Origin: Endomicrobiia bacterium | Lineage (GTDB): Bacteria > Elusimicrobiota > Endomicrobiia > DTEH01 | Direction of reading: 5' to 3' | Length of the DNA: 64,000 nt | NCBI GenBank assembly: GCA_039630545.1 | Contig: JBCNUU010000001.1 | Location: 128,001 to 192,000 of the forward strand | Shown here: positions 9,295 through 19,279 of the stretch, in pieces | Numbering within the stretch: position 1 is the stretch's first letter | How the letters are laid out: each line of letters opens with the position of its first letter | Translations under genes and position numbers: made by a program | The notes under the pieces: generated by a model | What the model was told of the DNA's origin: nothing | What the model saw: the letters and a program-made list of their open reading frames with translations, nothing else | Databases searched by the model: none

Positions 9295-10862
9295 GGTTTT
9301 TAATTTTAATTTTTTTATTAGTTGACTTAGTTTTTTGTCAAGAAGAATTTAACCAACAAAATATCGAAGAAATAAAAAAACTTATAAAAACTGGCAACTA
9401 TCAAGAAAGTTTGCAGAAACTTTTAGAATATGAAGTATTCATTTCAAGTTTTCCAGAGATTGGATATTATTTGGGGATATGTTATTTCCGATTAAAAGAT
9501 TATTTAAACGCTGAGAAGTTTTTTGAATTAAGTTTTAATTTTAACTACAATACACACCAGCTTTACTATAATCTTGGGATGACAAAATATAAACTTAAAA
9601 AATATAAAGAAACTATTGAATGGTTAAAAAAAATAGAAAATGTTATAGAGTTTGAACCCAAAAGTTTATATGTGATTTTAGCCTGTTTTTTAAAATTAAA
9701 TGATAAAGAAAAGGCTTTAGAAACCTTCAAAAAATTATTCTCTAAATATCCATATTCTGTTTATGTATTAAAATCTCAAACTTTGTTAGATAAATTAAAT
9801 ATTGACTATTCCAAAGTTTTAACGGATTCTGATTCTAAAAGAGTGTTTCATAGATTTTCAATAAATTTTAACTATGGTCAAGATAATAATATTTCATATG
9901 TGTCATCACAGGACTACTCTAGTATTAGTAGTTCTCATGTTGCTGATAATTTTTTTTCATATTATCTTTATGGTTCATTAGCTTTTAAAAAATTTTTTGG
10001 TTATTACAAATATTATAAAAAATCTCATTCAAATTATGTTAACTCTGATTATAATTTTTCCTTGCATTCTCTTTTCGGTAATATTAGAGTATATAGAAGT
10101 AAAAATTTTATTTTATCTTTAGGATGTAACGGCAACTACTATGAATATGAAAAACCCTATAGTTATTTTCTATCAGGAGATGTTAATTTGGAAATTTTAG
10201 ATGATAAGGATACATCATTGGAGATAGGTTATTCATATACATCTAATAACTACTTTGAAGGGAAAGAATATCTTGAGGGTGGCACTCATTTAATAGAAGT
10301 TGCTCTTAAAAATTTAGCTAAAACTAAATTTATTTTTACAAGCTCCTTTAAAAGAAAAGACACACTTTCAGAATATGTGGCTTCAGAATATAACTATTCT
10401 TATTACATAGTTGATGGAACATCAGTTTATATTAATCATGTATATACTCCGCTGCTAAGAAGTTATGCATATAACTCTTTTGATTTTGAAATTTTAATAA
10501 GTCGCTTTATTTCAGAGAATTTAAATCTGAATTTAAATCTCAGTTATGAGATTTTCGAATACTTCCCTTTATATGAACATTATGGAAAAATTAAAGATAT
10601 ATACGCCTACGATGTAGAAGATAATTTATGGTTTGTTTATACGGCTACTGGTTGGGAAGAAACCACTCAACCACCTCAGCTCGAAAAAATATATACTAAA
10701 AGAAAAGATAATTTATTTTCTTTATCTGCAGTTTTAAGTTTAGAGTTATTTGATAATGTAGAGCTAATTTTTACATATAATTATCTTCTTAATGAATCCT
10801 CTTTAGATGCTTATCAATGGACAAAGCAAATATATCAAGCCTCTTTAAAGATATCTTTTTAA
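9291..10862 (+). CDS. Exported TPR protein with probable C-terminal outer-membrane beta-barrel
   Basis: Signal peptide, TPR repeats (YYLGICYF, YYNLGMTKY), Tyr/Ser-rich alternating strands from about aa 185, terminal Phe (LKISF). Confidence 0.7.
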   Translation: MRFLILIFLLVDLVFCQEEFNQQNIEEIKKLIKTGNYQESLQKLLEYEVFISSFPEIGYYLGICYFRLKDYLNAEKFFELSFNFNYNTHQLYYNLGMTKYKLKKYKETIEWLKKIENVIEFEPKSLYVILACFLKLNDKEKALETFKKLFSKYPYSVYVLKSQTLLDKLNIDYSKVLTDSDSKRVFHRFSINFNYGQDNNISYVSSQDYSSISSSHVADNFFSYYLYGSLAFKKFFGYYKYYKKSHSNYVNSDYNFSLHSLFGNIRVYRSKNFILSLGCNGNYYEYEKPYSYFLSGDVNLEILDDKDTSLEIGYSYTSNNYFEGKEYLEGGTHLIEVALKNLAKTKFIFTSSFKRKDTLSEYVASEYNYSYYIVDGTSVYINHVYTPLLRSYAYNSFDFEILISRFISENLNLNLNLSYEIFEYFPLYEHYGKIKDIYAYDVEDNLWFVYTATGWEETTQPPQLEKIYTKRKDNLFSLSAVLSLELFDNVELIFTYNYLLNESSLDAYQWTKQIYQASLKISF

Positions 10863-10873
10863 AAAATTCTCTG

Positions 10874-10902
10874 GGAACATTTTTAGTTATTTTTATGTCT
10901 AA
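10874..10902 (+). promoter_or_regulatory. Putative ECF-type promoter GGAACAT-N16-GTCTAA
   Basis: Matches the sigmaE-like GGAAC (-35) / GTC (-10) pattern; ends 23 nt before the anti-sigma start codon. Confidence 0.6.
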
Positions 10903-10925
10903 TAAAGTGAAAAAAGGAGAAAAAA

Positions 10926-11612
10926 ATGAAAAACTGTAAAAAAACAGAATATCTTATATGGAAAAAATTAGATGGAAGTATTCTAACCAATGAAGAAGCA
11001 CTTTTAGATAAACATCTTGAAATATGTGATAAATGTAGAAGTGAATATATTTTAAATTCAAAAATTAAGGAAAATTTAAAAGAAATAAAATATCAGGAAA
11101 TTCCTCCCTGGTTTAAAGATAAGCTTCATCAAAAATTAGTTGAAGTTTCAAATGTTTTAAATCATCAAGAGTTTATTAGAAAAGTGATTTATGAGAGTTT
11201 CTATAGATATGCGGTAGCATTAGGTTTAGTTTTAGTTGCAGTGGTTGGATTATTTTTTTATGTTTTTAAAAAACCATCTAATGTGATAATTTATTCTTCT
11301 TTACCTCAGTTAACTTCCAATTATGAAATAAGAAAGGAAATTCCTGTTGGAAAAGAGAGTTACTTGCGACTTAAAGTAACAAGTAAAAGGAACTTAAAAA
11401 ATGTAAAAATTCAAATATTGCTTCCTCCGGAAATTTCAGGAGAAAAAAAACCTAAAGTAGTAAACTGGGAAGGAGACTTAAATACTGGCGACAACTATAT
11501 TATTTTAAAAGTAAAAAGTATAAAAGAAGGACAATATCCCTTGGAGATCAAACTAAGAAAAAACTCTAGAGAAAAAAAGTTTATAAGAAATGTTAAAATT
11601 TCTCATATATAA
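10926..11612 (+). CDS. Zinc-binding (ZAS/zf-HC2) membrane anti-sigma factor
   Basis: MKNC...HLEICDKC (HxxxCxxC), one TM helix, beta-rich extracytoplasmic C-terminal domain. Confidence 0.88.
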   Translation: MKNCKKTEYLIWKKLDGSILTNEEALLDKHLEICDKCRSEYILNSKIKENLKEIKYQEIPPWFKDKLHQKLVEVSNVLNHQEFIRKVIYESFYRYAVALGLVLVAVVGLFFYVFKKPSNVIIYSSLPQLTSNYEIRKEIPVGKESYLRLKVTSKRNLKNVKIQILLPPEISGEKKPKVVNWEGDLNTGDNYIILKVKSIKEGQYPLEIKLRKNSREKKFIRNVKISHI

Positions 11613-11615
11613 CAC

Positions 11616-11688
11616 TTATCTTCTGCTTAAATCTAAATGGAGGAAAGGAGGTGGTTTGAAAGTTTACTCCATTTTAAGCAGAAGATAA
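11616..11688 (+). promoter_or_regulatory. Long intergenic hairpin with a Shine-Dalgarno sequence in its loop
   Basis: Perfect 16-bp inverted repeat 11616-11631 / 11673-11688 plus inner ATGGAG/CTCCAT stem; loop carries AAAGGAGGTG. Confidence 0.65.
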
Positions 11689-11710
11689 ACAAAAAGGAGG
11701 TAGTAAATAA

Positions 11711-12832
11711 ATGAAAAAACTGCTTATATTTTTAATCTTGTTGTCATTTCTGTTTAGCTTTATAACTGCTCAGGAGGAAGCAAATGTTGAAAACGATTGG
11801 GATGTAGATGTGGAGATAGATGTTATAGTAGAAAAAGAGGATGTTCCTTTTGAACCGTTGACTTCTGAAGAGATTGTGGAAGTTATCTCTGAGAAATTAG
11901 AGGATAACAAAAAAATTTCTGAAGAAACAAAACAAAAAATAATAGAAATAATAAGACAGAAAATAGAAGAAAAAGAAGTGCCTCCTGTTCAGCTTTGTAT
12001 AGAAGTGTGTAAAGAAATAGAAACCAGCTGGAAGAAAGGTTGTGATGTTGAAAGATGCAGAAAGGATATCGAAAAAATTGAGAAGAATATAGAGCAACAA
12101 ATCAAAGAAGTAGAAAAAAAATTAGAAAAAAAATATGAGAAAATATCAAGAAGAAAAGGAAGAAAACCTGAAGAGCCACCAGTTGTGCCAAAAGATCCTG
12201 AAAAGAAAGAATCTCCTGTAGAAGAACCGCCTCTGAGAACTCTTCCATATCCTCCTGTAGAAGAACCGCCTCTGAGAACTCTTCCATATCCTCCTGTAGA
12301 AGAACCGCCTCATCCTCCTGTAGAAGAACCGCCTCTGAGAATTCTTCCATATCCTCCTGTAGAAGAAGATTTCTCTAAAGTAAAAGAAGTTATGAAGGCA
12401 TTGATTGAGGTTGGAATTCCCCCAGATAAAAGTTTAGATATTGTAATCTCTGCAGAGTTATATGGTATTAAGAGAGGAGAGATAAATATGTATAACAGGG
12501 CTCTTTTGGAAGAAAATGTAAAAGAAATCATTGAAAAAAGAATTCAAAATGGAGAAGAGATAATTCCTGAAATTCTTCCTGAAGAAATACAGAACAAACT
12601 ACAACTAAAAATAAAAGAACATTTAGAAACAAATCTTTCTACACAACTACATTTAAATGCTAGTAGTGGCACTTCAGATTCTACTATTTCTCCAATGGCT
12701 TCTAATGTGTCAAATTCTGTTATTTCAATACTTACTAATAAACCAGATGATCTATCCTCTATTACACCACTTTTGGAGAAATCCAATAATGAAAATTTAA
12801 CATCTCATCAATGTAGTGGATGTGACAAATAA
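11711..12832 (+). CDS. Secreted hypothetical protein with Pro/Glu-rich tandem repeat
   Basis: Signal peptide MKKLLIFLILLSFLFSFITA-Q; SD AAGGAGG; PPVEEPPLRTLPY repeats; C-terminal CSGC. Confidence 0.85.
   Translation: MKKLLIFLILLSFLFSFITAQEEANVENDWDVDVEIDVIVEKEDVPFEPLTSEEIVEVISEKLEDNKKISEETKQKIIEIIRQKIEEKEVPPVQLCIEVCKEIETSWKKGCDVERCRKDIEKIEKNIEQQIKEVEKKLEKKYEKISRRKGRKPEEPPVVPKDPEKKESPVEEPPLRTLPYPPVEEPPLRTLPYPPVEEPPHPPVEEPPLRILPYPPVEEDFSKVKEVMKALIEVGIPPDKSLDIVISAELYGIKRGEINMYNRALLEENVKEIIEKRIQNGEEIIPEILPEEIQNKLQLKIKEHLETNLSTQLHLNASSGTSDSTISPMASNVSNSVISILTNKPDDLSSITPLLEKSNNENLTSHQCSGCDK
12212..12367 (+). repeat. In-frame 39-bp tandem repeat (3 full units, one 24-bp unit, one partial unit)
   Basis: Unit CCTCCTGTAGAAGAACCGCCTCTGAGAACTCTTCCATAT at 12212, 12251, 12314; shortened unit at 12290; partial at 12353. 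Confidence 0.95.
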
Positions 12833-12853
12833 TTTTTAACCAATACTTGACTT

Positions 12854-12903
12854 TAGGGAGCGAATTTATATAAATTAACAAAAAATTCGCTCCCTATTTT
12901 TTT
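12854..12903 (+). terminator. Probable intrinsic terminator
   Basis: TAGGGAGCGAATTT (12854-12867) / AAATTCGCTCCCTA (12883-12896) followed by a T-run. Confidence 0.7.
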
Positions 12904-12919
12904 ATATTTGGTTCTTTAA

Positions 12920-13204
12920 ATGAAATTAGAAGAAAGAATAGCAAAAGATCTTTCTTATGTTCTTTTTAAAAATTTAAAAGACAAAAAGAAAAAAGTTAAA
13001 AAGATAATTTTTCATATAGAAGGCTCTCCGCAATTAAATATCTCACTTGTTAAAAATGCTCTTAAAAAATGTGTCTCTTATACTTCATGTGAATCAGCAG
13101 AAATAGTGTTTATGTATAAATATGATGTTGATTTAAAAAGTTTAAGTACTAATGATCCAGGTGCGAATAATATCTATCTACATGAGGTAGAGTATGAGGA
13201 CTAG
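12920..13204 (+). CDS. Small protein resembling HypA/HybF but lacking the metal ligands
   Basis: KVKKIIFHIEG, TSCESAEIVF and GANNIYLHEVEYE follow the HypA pattern; no MHE motif and no CxxC pairs. Confidence 0.5.
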   Translation: MKLEERIAKDLSYVLFKNLKDKKKKVKKIIFHIEGSPQLNISLVKNALKKCVSYTSCESAEIVFMYKYDVDLKSLSTNDPGANNIYLHEVEYED

Positions 13205-13231
13205 ATTGAGTTTGGTTTTATATGGAAATTT

Positions 13232-13304
13232 TGTCCCCGGCGAGAGTCGAACTCGCAACCAACGGATTAAGAGTCCGCTGCTCTTCCAGTTGAGCTACGG
13301 GGAC
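13232..13304 (-). tRNA. tRNA-Lys (anticodon CTT)
   Basis: GTCCCCG acceptor stem, TAGCTCAACTGG D-arm, GCGGA-CTCTTAA-TCCGT anticodon arm, GTTCGA T-loop; CCA not encoded. Confidence 0.96.
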
Positions 13305-13437
13305 AAAAACTAATTATTCTGTACTAAACTGATAATTAAAAGTCAATAATTAATTTGGAAATTTACAATTATATTTATTTTGTAGGTTTTTATAAATTTT
13401 TTATTCTAACCTATTGACATACTGCTGACTATTATTA

Positions 13438-13485
13438 TAACTATATATTGTAGCATAAATCAAAAATAACTACAATATATAGATT
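13438..13485 (+). promoter_or_regulatory. Tandem NrdR boxes overlapping a sigma-70 promoter
   Basis: TAACTATATATTGTAG (13438) and CTACAATATATAGATT (13470) fit acaCwAtATaTwGtg, 32 bp apart; TTGACA at 13414 and TATAAC at 13436. Confidence 0.85.
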
Positions 13486-13502
13486 AAGGGGGCTTAAAAA
13501 TC

Positions 13503-15857
13503 ATGTCAGTAAATATACCTTATCCTCAAGAAAACAAAGAAATAGCAGAAAACACCCTAACTGAAGAGGTTTTAGTTTCTGAGCAAAAGGAGAACATAAA
13601 TGTTATGGGGTATAACACTGGAAAAAAATTTATAAAACCTTCTCTTTCAAGTAACGCCTTAGTCGTTTTAGAGAAAAGATATTTAAGGAAAGATGAAAAC
13701 GGGAATATCATTGAGTCTCCTGAAGATATGTTTAAAAGAGTAGCTAAGGCTATTTCTGAAGCGGATATAAACTATGGAGATGATCCTAATGAATCTTATG
13801 AGAGGTTTTATGAAATAATAGCTTCTCTAGAATTTCTTCCTAACTCGCCTACTTTGATGAATGCTGGTACACCATTTCAACAGCTTTCTGCATGTTTTGT
13901 TTTGCCCATAGAAGATTCTATGGAGTCAATTTTTGAAACATTAAAATACGCAGCTTTAATTCATAAAACAGGTGGAGGGACTGGTTTTTCTTTTTCTAAC
14001 CTTAGACCATCAAATGATGTTGTAAAAACAACTTCTGGAATTTCTTCAGGTCCTATATCTTTTATGAAAGTATACAATGCTGCTACAGAAGCTATTAAAC
14101 AAGGTGGCAGAAGGAGAGGAGCTAATATGGGAATTTTAAGAGTAGACCACCCTGATATTATAAGTTTTATTAAATGTAAAGAAGAAGAGGGAGAGTTAGT
14201 TAATTTTAATATATCTGTTGCCATCACTGATGATTTTATGAAAAAACTCCAGAATGATGAAGAATACGAACTTATAAATCCAAGAACAAAACAAGTAGTA
14301 AAAAGAATAAAAGCAAGAGAAATTTTTGACTTAATTGTGGAGCATGCATGGTTAAATGGAGAGCCGGGAGTAATATTTATAGATACAATTAATAAACATA
14401 ACCCTACACCAGAAGTAGGAGTTATAGAATCCACCAATCCATGTGGAGAACAGCCTCTTTTGCCTTTTGAATCCTGCAATCTGGGATCTATTAATCTTGG
14501 AAAAATGGTGATTCGCAGAGGAGATAGTTGTGAAATAGATTGGCAACGTCTCAGATATGTGACAGAAACAGCAGTTCATTTTTTGGATAATGTAATAGAT
14601 GTTAACCAATATCCTGTAGAAAAAATAAAACAGATGACTTTAGCAAATAGGAAAATAGGTTTAGGAGTAATGGGTTGGGCTGATATGTTGTTTCAGCTTA
14701 AAGTTCCTTATGATTCGAAAGAAGCCCTTTCTCTTGCAGAAAAAGTGATGAGCTTTATAAAAAAAGTAGCAGTAGAAACTTCTCAAAAACTTGCTCAAAA
14801 AAGAGGACCTTTTCCTAATTTTGAAAAAAGTATTTTTAAAAACGAAACTCCAAGACGTAACGCTACACTCACCACTATTGCTCCTACAGGTTCAATAGGA
14901 ATAATTGCTAACGCTTCAACAGGTATAGAACCAGTTTTTGCTTTGGCGTTTGTAAGAAAAAATATTTTAGGAGGAGAAGAACTTTTTGAAATAAATCCTT
15001 ATTTTAAACAAACTTTAATTGCTGAAGGTTTATATTCTAAAGAATTAATTCAAGAAGTAATAGAAAAGGGTTCATTGAAAAATATAAAAGGCATACCTGA
15101 AACTATTAAAAAAATTTTTGTTACAGCATTAGATGTACCGCCAGAGATGCATGTAAGAATGCAGGCAGCTTTTCAAAAATATGTGGATAACGCTGTTTCA
15201 AAAACAATTAATCTGCCTAACTCTGCTACAAAAGAAGATGTAGCGAAGGTTTATATTTTAGCATATAAACTTGGATGTAAAGGAGTTACTGTATATAGAG
15301 ATGGTTCAAGATCAGCTCAGGTATTAAATGTAGGTTCATCCAAAAAGAAATCTCAAAAAGAACAGCTGAAAGAAGAACCAAGAGTAAGACCTAAAGTTGT
15401 TTCTGGTAAAACAGTAAAGATGGTTACAGGATGCGGTAATATGTATGTAACTGTTAACGAAGACGAATTTGGGCCATGTGAACTTTTTACTTCTTTAGGT
15501 AAAAGTGGCGGTTGTACTTCATCTCAATCAGAAGCTATTGGAAGATTGATTTCACTTGCTTTAAGAAGTGGAGTAAACCCCCAAAAAATTATAGAACAAC
15601 TTCGTGGAATTCGTTGCCCTTCTCCTGTGATTTTTCAAGGAGAGTCTATTTTATCTTGTGCTGACGCGATATCAAAAGCACTTGAAATCTATATTAAAGA
15701 GAAAGAGTCACCATCCCTTTTTGACAGCGTAAAAACTCACACTTCTTCATATAATAATATGGGCTTAAATCCAGAATGTCCTGAATGCGGGGGAAGATTA
15801 GAGATATTAGAAGGATGTGCGACTTGCCAAAGTTGCGGTTTTTCTAAATGTTTATAA
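13503..15857 (+). CDS. nrdJ: Class II (adenosylcobalamin-dependent) ribonucleotide reductase with C-terminal TSCPD-like and Zn-ribbon domains
   Basis: PNSPTLMNAG, QLSACFVL, TNPCGEQ, TIAPTG, VSKTIN, GVTVYRDGSR, SCADA, CPECG..C..CG. Confidence 0.95.
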   Translation: MSVNIPYPQENKEIAENTLTEEVLVSEQKENINVMGYNTGKKFIKPSLSSNALVVLEKRYLRKDENGNIIESPEDMFKRVAKAISEADINYGDDPNESYERFYEIIASLEFLPNSPTLMNAGTPFQQLSACFVLPIEDSMESIFETLKYAALIHKTGGGTGFSFSNLRPSNDVVKTTSGISSGPISFMKVYNAATEAIKQGGRRRGANMGILRVDHPDIISFIKCKEEEGELVNFNISVAITDDFMKKLQNDEEYELINPRTKQVVKRIKAREIFDLIVEHAWLNGEPGVIFIDTINKHNPTPEVGVIESTNPCGEQPLLPFESCNLGSINLGKMVIRRGDSCEIDWQRLRYVTETAVHFLDNVIDVNQYPVEKIKQMTLANRKIGLGVMGWADMLFQLKVPYDSKEALSLAEKVMSFIKKVAVETSQKLAQKRGPFPNFEKSIFKNETPRRNATLTTIAPTGSIGIIANASTGIEPVFALAFVRKNILGGEELFEINPYFKQTLIAEGLYSKELIQEVIEKGSLKNIKGIPETIKKIFVTALDVPPEMHVRMQAAFQKYVDNAVSKTINLPNSATKEDVAKVYILAYKLGCKGVTVYRDGSRSAQVLNVGSSKKKSQKEQLKEEPRVRPKVVSGKTVKMVTGCGNMYVTVNEDEFGPCELFTSLGKSGGCTSSQSEAIGRLISLALRSGVNPQKIIEQLRGIRCPSPVIFQGESILSCADAISKALEIYIKEKESPSLFDSVKTHTSSYNNMGLNPECPECGGRLEILEGCATCQSCGFSKCL

Positions 15858-15936
15858 TCATATTGAAAAACTTATCCAAATCTAATATATAATTAAGAAA
15901 ATTTTCAAACCCTCCTTAAATTTGAATAGTTCAAAA

Positions 15937-16491
15937 ATGATATTATCAGATTTAGAATTAAAAAAATATGTTAAAAAATATAAAATGATAGAGCCTTTTG
16001 AAGATACAAGACTTTTTAAGTTAGATAAAAAAATTTCCTGGGGTGTGTCTTCTTATGGATATGATTTTAGATTATCTGATGAATTTATTGTTCCTCAAGA
16101 TACTACTCAGATTACAATTGATCCTAAAAATTTTGATGTTTCAAAGTTTAAGAAAATAAAATCTCAAGAATATATAGTTCCAGCTAATAGCTTTGTGTTA
16201 GGAAAGTCAGTAGAATACTTTAGAATTCCAAGAAATATTCTTGTGATAGTATGTGGGAAATCCACATATGCGAGGTCAGGACTTGTGGTGAATGTAACTC
16301 CTCTTGAACCAGAGTGGGAAGGATATATTACAATTTCCATAATTAACCCTTTAAATCATAAAATAAAAATATACGCAAATGAAGGTATAGCACAGGCTGT
16401 ATTTTTAAAAGCAGCAAAAATTTGTAAAATTTCCTACAAAGATAAACAAGGTAAATATCAAGCTCAGAAAGATATTACACTTCCTAAGTAA
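15937..16491 (+). CDS. dcd: dCTP deaminase
   Basis: MILSD, SSYGYD.RL, GKSTYARSG, PLEPEWEG, YANEGIAQ, KYQ.Q; ATG at 15937 preferred over TTG at 15922. Confidence 0.93.
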   Translation: MILSDLELKKYVKKYKMIEPFEDTRLFKLDKKISWGVSSYGYDFRLSDEFIVPQDTTQITIDPKNFDVSKFKKIKSQEYIVPANSFVLGKSVEYFRIPRNILVIVCGKSTYARSGLVVNVTPLEPEWEGYITISIINPLNHKIKIYANEGIAQAVFLKAAKICKISYKDKQGKYQAQKDITLPK

Positions 16492-16528
16492 TATTTATAT
16501 TGAACAAATTTAGCAGGAGGACAAATTT

Positions 16529-17689
16529 ATGGCTTTTTTTATAGGTAGAGACAAAGAGGCAAGAAGAGCATATGGTTTTGACGAGGTTGCTATTGTACCA
16601 GGTAACATTACAATAGATCCTGAAGACACAGACATATCTGTGGAGTTGTGTGGTTTTAAGCTTAAAGTTCCTCTAATAGCATCTGCTATGGATGGTGTGG
16701 TGGATCCAAAAATGGCTGTTGAATTAGGCAAACTTGGTGCTTTAGGTGTTTTAAATTTAGACGGACTATATACCAGGTATAAAGATCCTTATCAGCAGCT
16801 TGAAAAAATAATAAACGCTTCTGATGAAAAAGCTACTGAGATTATTCAACAGATATATAGAGAACCAGTTAAAGAAGATTTAATATATGAAAGAATAAAA
16901 GAAATAAAAAAAGAAAATGTTTTATGTGCCGTGTCTACTATACCTCAAAATGCTCCGAAATATATAAAAATAGCAAAAGAAGCTGGTGCTGATATATTTG
17001 TTATACAGGCAACTGTAGTTACTGTCAAACATTATTCTTCACGATATGGTTGTGTTGATTTAGAAAAAATCTGCAAAGAAAGTGGGTTGCCGGTAATTAT
17101 CGGTAACTGTGTTACTTATAAAGTAGCATTAGAACTTATGGAGATAGGAGCCCAAGCAATTTTGGTAGGAGTAGGACCTGGTGCTGCTTGCACTACAAGA
17201 CAGGTTTTAGGTTTAGGAGTTCCTCAAATTACTGCTACAGTTGACTGTGCTAAAGCACGAGATTTTTATTTCAAAAAAACAGGAAGATATGTGCCAGTAA
17301 TTACAGATGGGGGTATGATAACAAGTGGTGATATTTGTAAATCATTTGTAGCAGGTGCTGATTTGGTAATGTTTGGTAGTGGTTTTGCCAAAGCAAAAGA
17401 AGCGCCAGGCAAGGGTTATCACTGGGGTATGGCTATGCCTCATTTTTATTTACCTCGTGGTGCAAGAATTTATGTTGGAACAACAGGCACGCTTAAAGAG
17501 ATACTTTTTGGCCCTTCTAAAGTTGACGATGGAACACAGAATCTTGTTGGTGCTTTAAGGACATGTATGGGTAATGTTGGTGCAAGAACAATAAAAGAAT
17601 TTCAACTTGCACAACTTATAATAGCTCCGGAAATTAAAACAGAAGGAAAAAGATATCAGAAAGAACAAAAAGTAGGTATGGGTAAATGA
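16529..17689 (+). CDS. GuaB3-family IMP dehydrogenase-related protein (no CBS domains)
   Basis: [34 protein letters not shown]; overlaps guaA. Confidence 0.9.
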   Translation: MAFFIGRDKEARRAYGFDEVAIVPGNITIDPEDTDISVELCGFKLKVPLIASAMDGVVDPKMAVELGKLGALGVLNLDGLYTRYKDPYQQLEKIINASDEKATEIIQQIYREPVKEDLIYERIKEIKKENVLCAVSTIPQNAPKYIKIAKEAGADIFVIQATVVTVKHYSSRYGCVDLEKICKESGLPVIIGNCVTYKVALELMEIGAQAILVGVGPGAACTTRQVLGLGVPQITATVDCAKARDFYFKKTGRYVPVITDGGMITSGDICKSFVAGADLVMFGSGFAKAKEAPGKGYHWGMAMPHFYLPRGARIYVGTTGTLKEILFGPSKVDDGTQNLVGALRTCMGNVGARTIKEFQLAQLIIAPEIKTEGKRYQKEQKVGMGK

Positions 17690-19239
17690 TATTGATTTTT
17701 GATTTTGGTTCTCAATATACACAGCTCATAGCAAGAAGAATAAGAGAGTTAAATGTTTACTGTGAGATTCATCCTTATAATGTAAATATTAAAAATTTTG
17801 AAACAGAAAAGATAAAGGGAGTTATTTTTTCAGGCGGTCCTGACAGTGTCTATGAGAAAACCTCACCTAAAATTAGCCTCTCCAGTTTGGAATATCTCAT
17901 AAATAAGAAAATACCTATATTAGGTATCTGCTATGGAATGCAGCTTATAAGTTATCTTCTTGGAGGTAAAGTTATAAGAGGTAAAATTCATGAATATGGA
18001 CTTTCAAGAATAAAAAAAGTAAAAGAAAGTGCTTTGTTTTTAAATATTCCTGAATATTCAAATGTATGGATGAGCCATGGTGACACAATTTTAGAATTAC
18101 CGGAAAATTTTGAAGTCGTTGCTAAAACAGAAAACAATTTGTTGGCAGCTGTTGAAAATATAAAATCCTCTTTGTATCTCTTACAGTTTCATCCAGAGGT
18201 AAGGCATACAGACTACGGCACAGAGATTATTAAAAATTTTGTATTCAGAATTTGTAATGCCTCACCAGACTGGCAGATGAAAAATTTTATTGAAAGTTCT
18301 TTAGAAGAAATAAGAACTACATTAAAAGACAAACCAGCAATTTGTGCTATATCTGGTGGAGTGGATTCTTCAGTAGCAGCAACTTTAGTATACAAAGCAG
18401 CTGGCAAAAATCTTTATTGCGTGTTTGTAGACAATGGAGTGTTAAGACATGGAGAAAAAGAAAGAGTAAAAAGGATCTTTAAACCAATGTTTGCTGAAAA
18501 CCTTCATATAGTAGATGCCAGCAAAATTTTTCTTTCAAGACTCAAAGGTGTCATAGATCCAGAAAAAAAAAGAAAGATAATAGGAAAAACCTTTATAGAG
18601 GTTTTTGAAAAAGAAGCAAGAAAAATAGAAAAGAAACTTAAAAAGAAAATAGAATTTTTAGTTCAAGGAACACTTTATCCTGATGTTATAGAAAGTGTTT
18701 CTGTGAAAGGACCATCCAGGACAATAAAAACCCATCACAATGTTGGTGGTTTACCAAGAAAATTAAAATTTAAACTCATTGAACCATTAAAATTTTTATT
18801 CAAAGACGAAGTAAGAAGGTTAGGAAAAGAACTGGGACTTCCTGATGAGATACTTTTAAGACATCCTTTTCCTGGTCCTGGACTTGCGGTGAGGATTATT
18901 GGAGAGGTGAATCCTTCAAGGGTAGAGCTTCTTAAAAAAGCAGACAAAATTATTGAGGAGGAAATAAGAAAAGCAGGACTTTATGAAAAAGTTTGGCAAT
19001 GTTTTGGGGTACTTCTTCCTGTAAAAAGTGTAGGTATTATGGGAGACAGAAGAACATATGAAAATGTTTTAGCAATAAGATGTGTTGAATCACAAGATGC
19101 TATGACAGCTGACTGGGTGAGGTTGCCTTATGATGTTTTAGGAAAGATATCTAACAGGATAATAAATGAAGTTCGCGGAATAAATCGTGTAGTATATGAT
19201 ATATCTTCTAAACCCCCAGCCACAATCGAGTGGGAATAA
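17686..19239 (+). CDS. guaA: GMP synthase (glutamine-hydrolysing)
   Basis: [35 protein letters not shown]. Confidence 0.98.
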   Translation: MILIFDFGSQYTQLIARRIRELNVYCEIHPYNVNIKNFETEKIKGVIFSGGPDSVYEKTSPKISLSSLEYLINKKIPILGICYGMQLISYLLGGKVIRGKIHEYGLSRIKKVKESALFLNIPEYSNVWMSHGDTILELPENFEVVAKTENNLLAAVENIKSSLYLLQFHPEVRHTDYGTEIIKNFVFRICNASPDWQMKNFIESSLEEIRTTLKDKPAICAISGGVDSSVAATLVYKAAGKNLYCVFVDNGVLRHGEKERVKRIFKPMFAENLHIVDASKIFLSRLKGVIDPEKKRKIIGKTFIEVFEKEARKIEKKLKKKIEFLVQGTLYPDVIESVSVKGPSRTIKTHHNVGGLPRKLKFKLIEPLKFLFKDEVRRLGKELGLPDEILLRHPFPGPGLAVRIIGEVNPSRVELLKKADKIIEEEIRKAGLYEKVWQCFGVLLPVKSVGIMGDRRTYENVLAIRCVESQDAMTADWVRLPYDVLGKISNRIINEVRGINRVVYDISSKPPATIEWE

Positions 19240-19279
19240 ATCTGTCAATATAAATATATAAATTCACTGGAGGTTTATT

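Noticed and set aside
12212..12367. CRISPR array
   Set aside because: Units are contiguous with no unique spacers, are in frame within a CDS, and no cas genes are present.
13305..13502. Cobalamin riboswitch upstream of nrdJ
   Set aside because: Too AT-rich, no B12-box; explained by divergent promoters and NrdR boxes.
13961..14479. Antisense ORFs (this 172-aa one, 43866-44354, 23766-24125 and other short ones)
   Set aside because: Shadows of well-supported genes on the other strand, with no recognisable motifs.
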